From Candidatus Cloacimonadales bacterium (GTDB lineage: Bacteria; Cloacimonadota; Cloacimonadia; Cloacimonadales; JAIOQZ01): a stretch of DNA of 64,000 nucleotides. A program made the translations under genes and the position numbers. Below the pieces are notes generated by a model, which ran no database searches, was not told the origin of the DNA, and saw only the letters and a list, made by a program, of their open reading frames with translations. Location: positions 3,424,001 to 3,488,000 of the forward strand of contig CAXXTU010000002.1 in the NCBI GenBank assembly GCA_963662655.2. Direction: 5' to 3'. This document shows positions 52,228 through 60,912 of the stretch, piece by piece; position 1 is the stretch's first letter; each line of letters opens with the position of its first letter.

Positions 52228-53062
52228 TCGATACAGAATCTGTGCGATTTTTCTGTTGATTTATCTGTATGGCAACACTCTTTTATCCAGCGAGGAATCA
52301 ATCCCTGATTACCGGAGCACGATCGATTCATTGCGTACGGTTCTGATCGAAAAAGATATCCCACCGCAGTGGTTCGACGATCTCGTTGCCCATGAGAATT
52401 TCAAGGTATACCCATCGATGAACGAGTATTTCGAGCGTATGGCCGAGCACCGTGTCGATCACAAACAGGAGAAGACTTTCGACTGGTATCTGGAGTTTTT
52501 CGGAGTTCCTCGGAAGCTGGAGAAGGCCAGGAAGTTCATCGAGGAAAACCGGGATGTTCTCGAGCGCGCCGAGAAGCGGAACGGCGTTCACTACGAACTG
52601 GTCGTGGCGATCCTCGGCATGGAGACGAACTTCGCTCAGAATCGCCATCGGGGGAACTTCCATACGTTCAATACACTCGTCTCGCAATACGTGCTGATGC
52701 CCCGGAGGCGAAATTTCGCCGTGCGTGAGATCGTCTCGCTCTATCAGTTCTCGCAACGTACGGAGCGCGATATCTGGGAATTCATTGGATCGTTCGCCGG
52801 CGCGGCGGGGTGGGGGCAATTCATCCCGTCCTCGATGCAAAGCTTCTTCATCGATTCGAACGGAGACGAGAAGGATGTCGACATTTTCTCGCTGGACGAC
52901 AACATCTTCAGCATCGAGAACTACCTCAACAAGCATGGCTTGAACCGCAAGACGATCGATAAACGCCAGGCCAGGTACGATGCGGTGTATGCCTACAATC
53001 ACAGCGATGCATACGTACGGGCCGTGCTCTACATGTACGAGCACATGAAGAAAACGCCGTAG
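52142..53062 (+). CDS. Lytic murein transglycosylase, MltB family (start uncertain, possible 5' frameshift)
   Basis: VAILGMETNF, GSFAGAAGWGQFIPSS, SIENYL, YNHS..YV.AV. Confidence 0.85.
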   Translation: MNTSERNARRSILKTTRKAGSRYSTISHDRYRICAIFLLIYLYGNTLLSSEESIPDYRSTIDSLRTVLIEKDIPPQWFDDLVAHENFKVYPSMNEYFERMAEHRVDHKQEKTFDWYLEFFGVPRKLEKARKFIEENRDVLERAEKRNGVHYELVVAILGMETNFAQNRHRGNFHTFNTLVSQYVLMPRRRNFAVREIVSLYQFSQRTERDIWEFIGSFAGAAGWGQFIPSSMQSFFIDSNGDEKDVDIFSLDDNIFSIENYLNKHGLNRKTIDKRQARYDAVYAYNHSDAYVRAVLYMYEHMKKTP

Positions 53063-53140
53063 AGATTATCGCAAAATAACTCGCCAAATTCCCCAAAAGC
53101 CTTACTATATACAGTTAAACGAAAAACGTGCAGAAATAAA

Positions 53141-53178
53141 TTGACAGGATAGCGCTGAGACTGAGACTGAATATCAAT
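53141..53178 (+). promoter_or_regulatory. Promoter with overlapping Fur-box-like operator
   Basis: TTGACA at 53141-46, then hexamer array CTGAGA-CTGAGA-CTGAAT-ATCAAT containing imperfect 7-1-7 TGAGACT-G-AATATCA, directly upstream of a Fur-family gene. Confidence 0.5.
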
Positions 53179-53195
53179 TGCAAAGTGAGGTGCTC

Positions 53196-53633
53196 ATGCA
53201 GAAACAATACGAAATCTTTGAGAAGTTCCTCGACCGGAAGGGGCTGAAGATGACGCGTTCGCGCAAGACGATTCTCGACGCGGTTTTCGAGACGCATGAT
53301 CATTTCAATGCGGATCAGCTTTACGAGCAGATACGCCTTCAGGATCAGACGGTATCGCGCGCAACGGTTTACCGCACCATACCTCTTCTGGTGGAGACGG
53401 GGCTGGTAAAGCAATCGATGCGGCGGAACTCGAAGAATTACTACGAGCATATCTACGGACATCCGAGCCACCTGCATCTGATATGCACTCGTTGCGGCGG
53501 GATATTCGAGGTGAAGTCCGGCAGCCTGGAGAAAGAGCTGAGGGCGCTATGTCGGAAGCGGGATTTCCGGATCGGTGAGTTCAGTATATCCGTGAAGGGA
53601 TATTGCCGTAAGTGCACGGAAAGGAAAGAGTAA
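53196..53633 (+). CDS. Fur-family transcriptional regulator
   Basis: T.SR..IL, HFNA, VSRATVYRT, HLHLICTRCG, GYCRKC; start behind GAGGTG. Confidence 0.92.
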   Translation: MQKQYEIFEKFLDRKGLKMTRSRKTILDAVFETHDHFNADQLYEQIRLQDQTVSRATVYRTIPLLVETGLVKQSMRRNSKNYYEHIYGHPSHLHLICTRCGGIFEVKSGSLEKELRALCRKRDFRIGEFSISVKGYCRKCTERKE

Positions 53634-53634
53634 G

Positions 53635-53955
53635 ATGATAAAGGGAATGGCAAACAGACTTCGTCGCATGGGACGGGCGATGGGCAACAGGCACCACAAG
53701 CACGGCTGCTGTGGCGGTAGACATGGTCGCTGCATGGGTGGTCTTGACCACAAGCCGTTGGACGAATGCTCCGAAAACGAACGTGTATGCATCCATCGCA
53801 ATCCTGACAGGCAAACGATGGAGATGGGGCTTCACAACGGAGGGCTCGTTATCATGCTGAAAAACGACCCCTCGGACAACAATATCGTCGTGGGAATCGG
53901 GAATTCTCGCTTTATTCTTTCCCGCAGGATCGCTCGATTGATCGAAGTGGGGTAG
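53635..53955 (+). CDS. feoA: FeoA-family protein with His/Cys-rich N-terminal extension
   Basis: MEMGL..G..V.....P....IVV.IG.SRF.L....A..IEV pattern; context with fur and feoC. Confidence 0.75.
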   Translation: MIKGMANRLRRMGRAMGNRHHKHGCCGGRHGRCMGGLDHKPLDECSENERVCIHRNPDRQTMEMGLHNGGLVIMLKNDPSDNNIVVGIGNSRFILSRRIARLIEVG

Positions 53956-53958
53956 AAG

Positions 53959-54195
53959 ATGCTTCGCGAACTGCGCGACTACATTCGGCAGCATGGACAG
54001 GCAGATATGTGGACATTGAAGAATCGGTTCGATGTCCCGCCGGAAGCGCTCCGGCCCATGCTGGAGATGTTGATACGCAAAGGGGACGTTACCCGTTCGG
54101 ACTTCCGATGCGACTCGTGCTCGAGCGGGAGCTGCGCCGGTTGCGGCACTCAACTGCTCTCCGAGATTTACATGGCAACAAAGCAAGCTGTTTAG
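53959..54195 (+). CDS. feoC: FeoC-like winged-helix protein with Cys cluster
   Basis: MLRELRDYI..HG, L..RF....EAL..ML..L.RKG.V, CDSCSSGSCAGC. Confidence 0.8.
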   Translation: MLRELRDYIRQHGQADMWTLKNRFDVPPEALRPMLEMLIRKGDVTRSDFRCDSCSSGSCAGCGTQLLSEIYMATKQAV

Positions 54196-54275
54196 AAATT
54201 ACCTTTCTGGTTTCTCTCATTTTCATTGACAAACTCAAATAACTCATGTCCCATGCATTATGGAGGAAAACAGAA

Positions 54276-55379
54276 ATGACGATGGTGAATATTCTTCGTA
54301 ATGTTCCTTTTTTTAGTTCCCTGAGCGATGAAGACTTGCGGCAGATTGCCGAATATTTCAGAGAGCTGACTTTCAACGCCGGTGACGTCGTGTTCACGGA
54401 AGGCGAGAAAGGCGACAGCTTCTATATATTGAAAGAAGGTGCCCTGGAGATTACCAAACGGATTCGCGACGATCTCGAGACGGAAGCCGAACTCAGCACG
54501 ATGGAACCGTACGAGTTCTTCGGTGAAATGTCTCTGCTGGACGAGAGCCCGAGGTCGGCCACCGCGAAGGCGATAACCGATGTGATCGTGCTTCGGATGG
54601 ACAAAAACGATTTCCTCGATGTCTGCATTCAGCATCCACAGGTAATCTTCCATCTCACCAAGACGATGTCGAAGCATCTGAGAAACACCAACAACCAGTT
54701 TGCCAGCGTTCTCGACAACCTGATCAAGCGCAACAAACTCGCTGCGATCGGATCGGCAGCAAGCAAAATCGTTCACGATATCAAGACGCCGATCACCGTT
54801 ATCGTTCTCACTGCGCAGCTTATCGAGAACCTCTATCCGGACACGTCGAAGTATATCCAGCGAATCGTTCGTCAGACAGGCGTGCTTGACGACATGGTCC
54901 GCGAGATCCTCGATTTTGCCCGGGGCGAGCGCATCAATCTGGATATCAAGCCGGTGGATATGGATACGTTTTGCAGCAATGTGATGGAAGACATGTATCC
55001 GATCGCGAAGGATCGCGGTATCGAACTCCGGGTGATCAACAACGTGAACAAGCCGGTGGGATTCGACCAGAAGCGGATCAAGCGCACAGTGGTGAATATT
55101 ATCAAGAACTCGATGGAAGCGCTGGGAACATCCGGCGATATCAATGTGGAGACCAGGGAATGCGAGGAGCGGCTGCATATCGCGATTTGGGATAACGGTC
55201 CCGGGATTCCCGAAGATATCCTGCCGACGATTTTCGAGGCCTTCGTGACCAAGGGAAAGAAGGACGGAACGGGTCTCGGGTTGGCCATAAGCAAGAAAGT
55301 GGTTTCGGATCATCGTGGCGAGATAACCGCATCGAACTACGACGGGGGAGCTCGCTTCGATATCTATCTGCCGATGTAA
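54276..55379 (+). CDS. Cyclic-nucleotide-binding domain sensor histidine kinase (soluble)
   Basis: VFTEGEKGD, FFGEMSLLD..PRSATA (cNMP); VHDIKTP, NIIKNS, DNGPGI, F.AFVT, GTGLGL. Confidence 0.92.
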   Translation: MTMVNILRNVPFFSSLSDEDLRQIAEYFRELTFNAGDVVFTEGEKGDSFYILKEGALEITKRIRDDLETEAELSTMEPYEFFGEMSLLDESPRSATAKAITDVIVLRMDKNDFLDVCIQHPQVIFHLTKTMSKHLRNTNNQFASVLDNLIKRNKLAAIGSAASKIVHDIKTPITVIVLTAQLIENLYPDTSKYIQRIVRQTGVLDDMVREILDFARGERINLDIKPVDMDTFCSNVMEDMYPIAKDRGIELRVINNVNKPVGFDQKRIKRTVVNIIKNSMEALGTSGDINVETRECEERLHIAIWDNGPGIPEDILPTIFEAFVTKGKKDGTGLGLAISKKVVSDHRGEITASNYDGGARFDIYLPM

Positions 55380-55522
55380 TTCCAGGGATTGCCGGATCGT
55401 CAGCGCTGTTTGAAATCGAACGAATGAAGTAGATTGAAAATATCAAGATCGATAAATTCCTTGCCATAATTTTACCGATCTTTTTTTGTGACACGAGATA
55501 AGAATTAAAACAGGTGGTTATC

Positions 55523-55714
55523 ATGTCTAGAATATGTGATGTATGCGGAAAGCAAGCGCAGGTTGGAAACAACCGCAGCCACGCTTTAAATGCAACCAAA
55601 CGCCGCTTTCAACCGAATCTTTCCAAGATTCGCGCTGAAATTGATGGCGAAGTCAAGAATATCCGTATTTGCGCGTCCTGCCTGAAGGCAAACAAGGTTC
55701 GCAAAGTCGTATAA
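55523..55714 (+). CDS. rpmB: 50S ribosomal protein L28
   Basis: [10 protein letters not shown]...GNNRSHA.N.TKRRF.PNL...CASCLK. Confidence 0.97.
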   Translation: MSRICDVCGKQAQVGNNRSHALNATKRRFQPNLSKIRAEIDGEVKNIRICASCLKANKVRKVV

Positions 55715-55735
55715 GAAAAGATTTGACTGAAAAGT

Positions 55736-55765
55736 AAGCCCCTTCCATTTTGAAGGGGCTTTTTT
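55736..55765 (+). terminator. Rho-independent terminator
   Basis: AAGCCCCTTC-catttt-GAAGGGGCTT followed by T run. Confidence 0.85.
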
Positions 55766-55804
55766 AATGGAATTTGCATCGAAGATAATCATCAGGAGGT
55801 TAGA

Positions 55805-56287
55805 ATGCAGATCATTACGGAAAAAATCAATCTGCCGGAAGAGCTGAATATCATATATGGAATGTCCCATTTCATCAAGACGGTCGAGGATCTGTATGAA
55901 GCGCTGGTGAACAGCGTTCCCGGAATCAAGTTCGGGCTGGCGTTCAACGAAGCGTCGGGCCCTTGCCTGGTGCGATTCGACGGAACGGATCAGGAATTGA
56001 TCGATGTGGCGGTTGAAAATCAGAAACGCATCGGAGCAGGTCATACCTTCTTGATCGTCATGAGAGACGCGTTCCCAATCAACGTTCTGCCGGCTGTGAA
56101 ATCGTGCCGCGAGGTGGTGAGTGTTTTCTGCGCGACCGCGAATCCCGTGGAAGTTATTCTGGCCGAGAGAGAGCAGGGGCGTGGAGTCCTTGGCGTGATC
56201 GACGGTTTTTCCCCGAAGGGAATCGAGCAGGATGAGGATATCGAGAAGCGTAAATCGTTCTTGCAGATGATCGGATACAAGCGATAG
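55805..56287 (+). CDS. Adenosine-specific kinase family (DUF355)
   Basis: SHFIKTVEDLYE, FGLAF.EASGP.LVR, FPINVL, FCATANP, GVIDG, IGYKR. Confidence 0.88.
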   Translation: MQIITEKINLPEELNIIYGMSHFIKTVEDLYEALVNSVPGIKFGLAFNEASGPCLVRFDGTDQELIDVAVENQKRIGAGHTFLIVMRDAFPINVLPAVKSCREVVSVFCATANPVEVILAEREQGRGVLGVIDGFSPKGIEQDEDIEKRKSFLQMIGYKR

Positions 56288-56294
56288 GAGTATC

Positions 56295-56861
56295 ATGCGA
56301 CTTTTTCTGGCTTTTGAACTGCCTGAAGAGGTAAAGGATGAGTTGGCCCGGATATCCGAGGAACTCATGAATATCATTCCGCGCGGGATCAAGTGGGTCG
56401 AGCCGGAGAATATGCATATTACGCTGCAATTCCTCGGAGATGTTTCCAGCGCCGATGTGAAAATTCTGGACGAGTATTTCAGCTCGCTGCTGGATACCGT
56501 AACGGAGTTCGATATCGAGAATCCGGTGATTGAGGCGGTTCCGGCCAAGAATCCGCGTGTGATCTGGGTTCATTACGAATCGAACAACAAGAGGATATTC
56601 TCTCTGCCCGGAAAAATCCGCAGCATGGCGGATGATTTGGGATATTCGCTGGATAAAAAACCCTTGAAGCTTCATGCGACGTTGGGACGGGTCAAGTCTC
56701 CCGTCGAATTGAGCCAGATTGCCGAAATGCTTAGCTTCAAGCCGGCAATCAATGAAATGACGATAAATCGAGTAACATTATACAAAAGCGTGCTGCAACC
56801 TGAGGGCCCCGTCTATACCGCGCTCGGCAGCTACGATCTACAAAGGAGGAATAATGGCTGA
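56295..56861 (+). CDS. thpR: RNA 2',3'-cyclic phosphodiesterase (2H family)
   Basis: [34 protein letters not shown]; typical position before recA. Confidence 0.93.
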   Translation: MRLFLAFELPEEVKDELARISEELMNIIPRGIKWVEPENMHITLQFLGDVSSADVKILDEYFSSLLDTVTEFDIENPVIEAVPAKNPRVIWVHYESNNKRIFSLPGKIRSMADDLGYSLDKKPLKLHATLGRVKSPVELSQIAEMLSFKPAINEMTINRVTLYKSVLQPEGPVYTALGSYDLQRRNNG

Positions 56862-57894
56862 CAAAGGCAAAGCAGATGCTTTGAAGACCGCGATGAATCA
56901 ACTTGAGAAGAAGTACGGGATCGGAACCATCATGCGGATGGGCGATCGTCCCAAGCTGGATGTGGATGTGATCCCCACGGGTGCGATCAACCTGGACGCA
57001 GCGCTGGGAATCGGTGGCGTTCCCAAGGGGAGAATCACCGAAGTCTATGGCGCTGAGGCTTCCGGTAAAACAACACTGACCCTGCACATCGCAGCGGAAG
57101 CGCAGAAGTTGGGCGGCACCATTGCATTCATCGACGCGGAGCACGCTCTGGATCCTTTCTATGCTCGCAGGCTGGGTGTCGATACCGACAGCATGCTGAT
57201 CTCGCAGCCGGACGGCGGCGAGCAAGCGCTGGAGATCGTAGAAACGCTGGTGCGAAGCAACGCGATCGATCTCATCATCGTTGACTCCGTGGCGGCCCTG
57301 GTTCCCCGCGCCGAGATCGAAGGCGAGATGGGCGACAGTCATGTCGGGCTTCAGGCCAGGCTCATGTCGCAAGCGCTTCGCAAGCTTACCAGCATCGTGA
57401 GTAAATCCAACACGGCGGTGATCTTCATCAATCAGACCCGCATGAAGATCGGCGTTCCGGCATACGTGAATCCGGAAACCACGACCGGCGGTGTCGCGCT
57501 GAAATTCTATTCGTCGCTGCGCATGGAAGTCCGTAACGGCGGTTCGATCAAGGATACGAGCGGTGGCGCGATAAATATCATTGGGCAGAAAACGCGTGTG
57601 AAAGTGGTGAAGAACAAGTTTGCACCACCTTTCAAGACGGTCGAGTTCCCCATCGTGTACGGTCTGGGTATCTCGCATCTGGACATTGTGCTCAACATCG
57701 CTGCGGACACGGACGTGATCAAGAAGAGCGGTGCGTGGTTCTCGTACGGTGAAACCCGTCTTGGCCAGGGTGCCGAGAAGGCGAAGGATTTCCTGCGGGA
57801 CAACCCCGAGATCCTTCAGGAAGTCGAGGCGAAGGTGAAGGAATCGTTGAATCTCGTGATTATGGATGATGATGAAGGTAGCGCTGACGAATAA
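56854..57894 (+). CDS. recA: Recombinase RecA
   Basis: [53 protein letters not shown]. Confidence 0.99.
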   Translation: MADKGKADALKTAMNQLEKKYGIGTIMRMGDRPKLDVDVIPTGAINLDAALGIGGVPKGRITEVYGAEASGKTTLTLHIAAEAQKLGGTIAFIDAEHALDPFYARRLGVDTDSMLISQPDGGEQALEIVETLVRSNAIDLIIVDSVAALVPRAEIEGEMGDSHVGLQARLMSQALRKLTSIVSKSNTAVIFINQTRMKIGVPAYVNPETTTGGVALKFYSSLRMEVRNGGSIKDTSGGAINIIGQKTRVKVVKNKFAPPFKTVEFPIVYGLGISHLDIVLNIAADTDVIKKSGAWFSYGETRLGQGAEKAKDFLRDNPEILQEVEAKVKESLNLVIMDDDEGSADE

Positions 57895-58501
57895 AAGTAA
57901 AACGCAGGTTATCATCAGCGTGGACAATATTGAATGGGGGGTGCTGCCGCTGGCAAATCTCCCCTTTTTCATCGATACAAGCGTGGATGAGCAATCTGTG
58001 AACGATGCCGATTGGGGCTTGCTTCGGGATGAAATCCGCAAGTATGCCTGGAACCGACTGCTCGGGTATCTGGCTCGAAGGGAGCGCAGCATGCGGGAGA
58101 GCAGCGAATTCCTGGATAAGCTTCCGGCGCACTTCACCATTCGCAACGACCTTCTGGAGCGTGCCGTCGAGCGGAAGTTCATCAGCGATAGCCGGTTTGC
58201 GGAGCTATACACGTTAAGTTTGATGCGCAAGCAGAAGAGCAGGGAGGAAGCCCACTACAAGCTACGCGAGAAGGGCATCGATGAGATGCTTATCGAAAAG
58301 ACGCTCGCCGAGCGCTATACGGGCGAGGCCGAAACGGAGATGATCGAGCGCGCGGTGGAGAAGGCTCTCTTCCGGTTCCGTGATTTCCCACCCCGCAAGC
58401 GCTACGAGAAGGCACTTACATCGCTATGCCGGAGTGGATTCAGCTATGAGGATGTGAAAGACATGGTGAGAGACGCGGTGTATGGGGGAGACGGGGAGTG
58501 A
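57866..58501 (+). CDS. recX: Regulatory protein RecX
   Basis: [23 protein letters not shown]; overlaps recA end. Confidence 0.85.
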   Translation: MMMKVALTNKSKTQVIISVDNIEWGVLPLANLPFFIDTSVDEQSVNDADWGLLRDEIRKYAWNRLLGYLARRERSMRESSEFLDKLPAHFTIRNDLLERAVERKFISDSRFAELYTLSLMRKQKSREEAHYKLREKGIDEMLIEKTLAERYTGEAETEMIERAVEKALFRFRDFPPRKRYEKALTSLCRSGFSYEDVKDMVRDAVYGGDGE

Positions 58502-58513
58502 GGTTGGTCGACC

Positions 58514-58643
58514 GGCGGGGCATCTTCGCCCGATTCCGCTTTACCCCGGGGATATACCACATCCTTGGAATAATTGAAGTCTGGAATCAAGGATGTGAAA
58601 CACCCCGCGGCAAAGCGGAATCGAACCAATCTGCTCCCGCCTC
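58514..58643 (-). repeat. Hairpin element family, long copy A
   Basis: 58517-58643 matches 60721-60847 at 121/127 positions; folds into a long interrupted hairpin (CGATTCCGCTTT/AAAGCGGAATCG; CACATCCTTG/CAAGGATGTG). Confidence 0.9.
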
Positions 58644-58764
58644 TGCGAAAATGAATCGCCGTTTTCCGATGGTTATGGAAGCAATAAAGAGTAAAAAACT
58701 GTGTGGAATACGTTTTTCTTGACACGAGCTTGTGGTAAATGCGTTTGGATAAACAGGTGAAACT

Positions 58765-59601
58765 ATGAAAAAGAAGAAAATCCAGCGTAGGAAAAATATT
58801 GTACAGGACTACGTAGAGGCGTTGCTGTTCGCGTTTGTGGTGGCGATGATCATACGTAACTACACGTTCCAGAACTTCATGATCCCGTCATCGTCCATGG
58901 AATCGACCATGCTGATCGGCGATTACCTGGTGGCGGACAAGATCAGCTTCCTCGTTGAGGATCCCGAGCGGGAAAACATCGTAACCTTCCGTTATCCGGC
59001 CGATCCCGTGACGCCGCAACCATCGGAGAACTACACGCGTCTGCTTGGACCGATCTACTGGAATCACGACAGCATGTTTTTCGCGTACCATGCTCCGAAG
59101 AACGTGGTGAAACGGGTGATCGGCATGCCGGGCGACTCGGTTCGCATCGTGAATCAACGAGTGTACGTCAACGGTGAGCCCATGATCCGAGATTACGAGC
59201 AGCATGTCGATCCGCAGAACTGGATGGGCCGCAACGCGCAGGGCGATCTGGTTGAGAGCCCCATCGTGTGGAGCCGCGGCAACTTCCCGGGCGCGGATGT
59301 CAGCTTTGGGCAATACGAGGGCAAGGAGATGGGTACGCGTGACGACTTCGGGCCGATTATCGTCCCCGAGGGCAGTTACTTCGTACTGGGCGACAATCGC
59401 GACCGCAGTCTCGACAGTCGTTACTGGGGATTTCTCGATCGCAAGTGCATCACCGGTACGCCGCTTCTGATTTTTTTCTCCGTTGGTGAAGAGCCTATCA
59501 AGAACATGCGCGAATACGCTTATTATATGAATCTGATGCGGCAAGGTAAGAAACCGCCTTCACGAATACGCTGGGAGCGTTTCTTCAATCTGATCAAATG
59601 A
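58765..59601 (+). CDS. lepB: Signal peptidase I
   Basis: IPSSSMESTMLIGD, VKRVIGMPGD, YFVLGDNRDRSLDSRYWG. Confidence 0.96.
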   Translation: MKKKKIQRRKNIVQDYVEALLFAFVVAMIIRNYTFQNFMIPSSSMESTMLIGDYLVADKISFLVEDPERENIVTFRYPADPVTPQPSENYTRLLGPIYWNHDSMFFAYHAPKNVVKRVIGMPGDSVRIVNQRVYVNGEPMIRDYEQHVDPQNWMGRNAQGDLVESPIVWSRGNFPGADVSFGQYEGKEMGTRDDFGPIIVPEGSYFVLGDNRDRSLDSRYWGFLDRKCITGTPLLIFFSVGEEPIKNMREYAYYMNLMRQGKKPPSRIRWERFFNLIK

Positions 59602-60701
59602 TGGCCGTTCGGCATGTCTATGTCCACATTCCCTTCTGCGTGAGAAAGTGTGGATACTGCTCGTTCTTCTCCATTCCTTCCGACAGCGTTACCGATTTCA
59701 CCCGTTTCAAAGCTCGCTACATTCGTTCTCTCCGAAATGAGATCGAGCTATTTTCAGAATACAATCAAATCATACCTGAAACCATATATTTTGGCGGGGG
59801 AACGCCCTCGCTGCTCACCGCAAGCGAGATCGACTCGATCGTAAGCGCGCTTGATCCCTCAGATGGTTGCGAGATAACTCTGGAGATGAACCCGGCCGTG
59901 ATCGCATCACCATTGGGCGATTATCGCAAGGTCGTTAACCGTGTGAGTTTGGGCGTGCAGTCGTTCATCGATAGCGAATTGAAGCTTCTGGGGCGCTTGC
60001 ATGACTCGGCGAAGGCGACCGATATCATCGGGAGAATTCGCGAGGCGGGATTCGGCAATCTGTCCATCGATCAGATGTACGGATTGCCCGGGCAGGGGAT
60101 CGAAGAGATTCGCTTCAACCTTGCGAGGATCAACGAGATCAAGCCGGAGCACGTGTCCATCTACTGCCTGAGTCTGGAGCCGGACGCTCCCATGTATGGA
60201 GCGTTGCTGCCGGAAGATGAAACGGTGGCTGATTTTTACGAAGCTTTACGCAAGGGTCTCTTGGGATATGAGCAGTACGAGATATCCAATTTTGCCTTGC
60301 ACGGATGCCAGAGTCGGCACAACAGCGCATACTGGGATGGGGTGGATTACATCGGACTTGGCGCGGGTGCTTCCGGCTATGTGGATGGTCAGCGATACAC
60401 CAATTGTGAGAGCGTTCAAGGTTATATGGAGAATATTGAACGCGGTATCATCCTGCCGGATGCGGAAATGCTCGACCGTGAAGAACGTCGGAAGGAGATG
60501 GTCATGCTATCCCTGAGAAAGATGAAGGGTCTCGATCTGGCCGGATATAAAGAGAGTTTCGGAAGCGATCTGGTGCAGGAAAAGGTGCAGGTAGTCTCCA
60601 GATTGGAGCAGGATGGCTATGTCATCGTAGAGGACGGTTTTTTACGGCTGCTTCCCAAAGGATTCTTCGTGTCGAACGAGATTATCGGTCAGATTCTTTA
60701 G
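59598..60701 (+). CDS. hemW: Radical SAM heme chaperone HemW
   Basis: YVHIPFCVRKCGYC, YFGGGTPS, SLGVQS, YEISN, HNSAYW. Confidence 0.92.
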   Translation: MMAVRHVYVHIPFCVRKCGYCSFFSIPSDSVTDFTRFKARYIRSLRNEIELFSEYNQIIPETIYFGGGTPSLLTASEIDSIVSALDPSDGCEITLEMNPAVIASPLGDYRKVVNRVSLGVQSFIDSELKLLGRLHDSAKATDIIGRIREAGFGNLSIDQMYGLPGQGIEEIRFNLARINEIKPEHVSIYCLSLEPDAPMYGALLPEDETVADFYEALRKGLLGYEQYEISNFALHGCQSRHNSAYWDGVDYIGLGAGASGYVDGQRYTNCESVQGYMENIERGIILPDAEMLDREERRKEMVMLSLRKMKGLDLAGYKESFGSDLVQEKVQVVSRLEQDGYVIVEDGFLRLLPKGFFVSNEIIGQIL

Positions 60702-60718
60702 ACTCTTGCTCGTCAAAC

Positions 60719-60847
60719 GGGGGGCATCTTCGCCCGATTCCGTTTTACCCCGGGAATATATCACATCCTTGGAATTATTGAAGGCTGGAATCAAGGATGT
60801 GAAACACCCCGCGGCAAAACGGAATCGAACCAATCTGCTCCCGCCTC
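60719..60847 (-). repeat. Hairpin element family, long copy B
   Basis: Near-identical to copy A, with compensatory C-G to T-A change (58539/58615 vs 60743/60819). Confidence 0.9.
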
Positions 60848-60912
60848 GTGCATATATTTGCAAGTTGTGACGTTGATAAACGATTGCAAGGGCGTCCTTC
60901 GGTATTAAATAA

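Noticed and set aside
56749..58230. 493-aa minus-strand ORF (and similar long antisense ORFs at 6185, 14293, 17416, 39529, 42257, 44743, 54258)
   Set aside because: Each lies antisense to a confidently identified gene and lacks recognisable motifs; explained by codon bias.
58444..58725. Short ORFs at 58444-58725, 58498-58722 and 60642-60965 sharing peptide sequence
   Set aside because: The similarity comes from the non-coding hairpin repeat; changes are compensatory at nucleotide level and ORF boundaries are not conserved.
58514..60847. Hairpin elements as integron attC sites or CRISPR repeats
   Set aside because: No RYYYAAC/GTTRRRY ends, no integrase or cas genes, no regular spacers, and the flanking genes are housekeeping.
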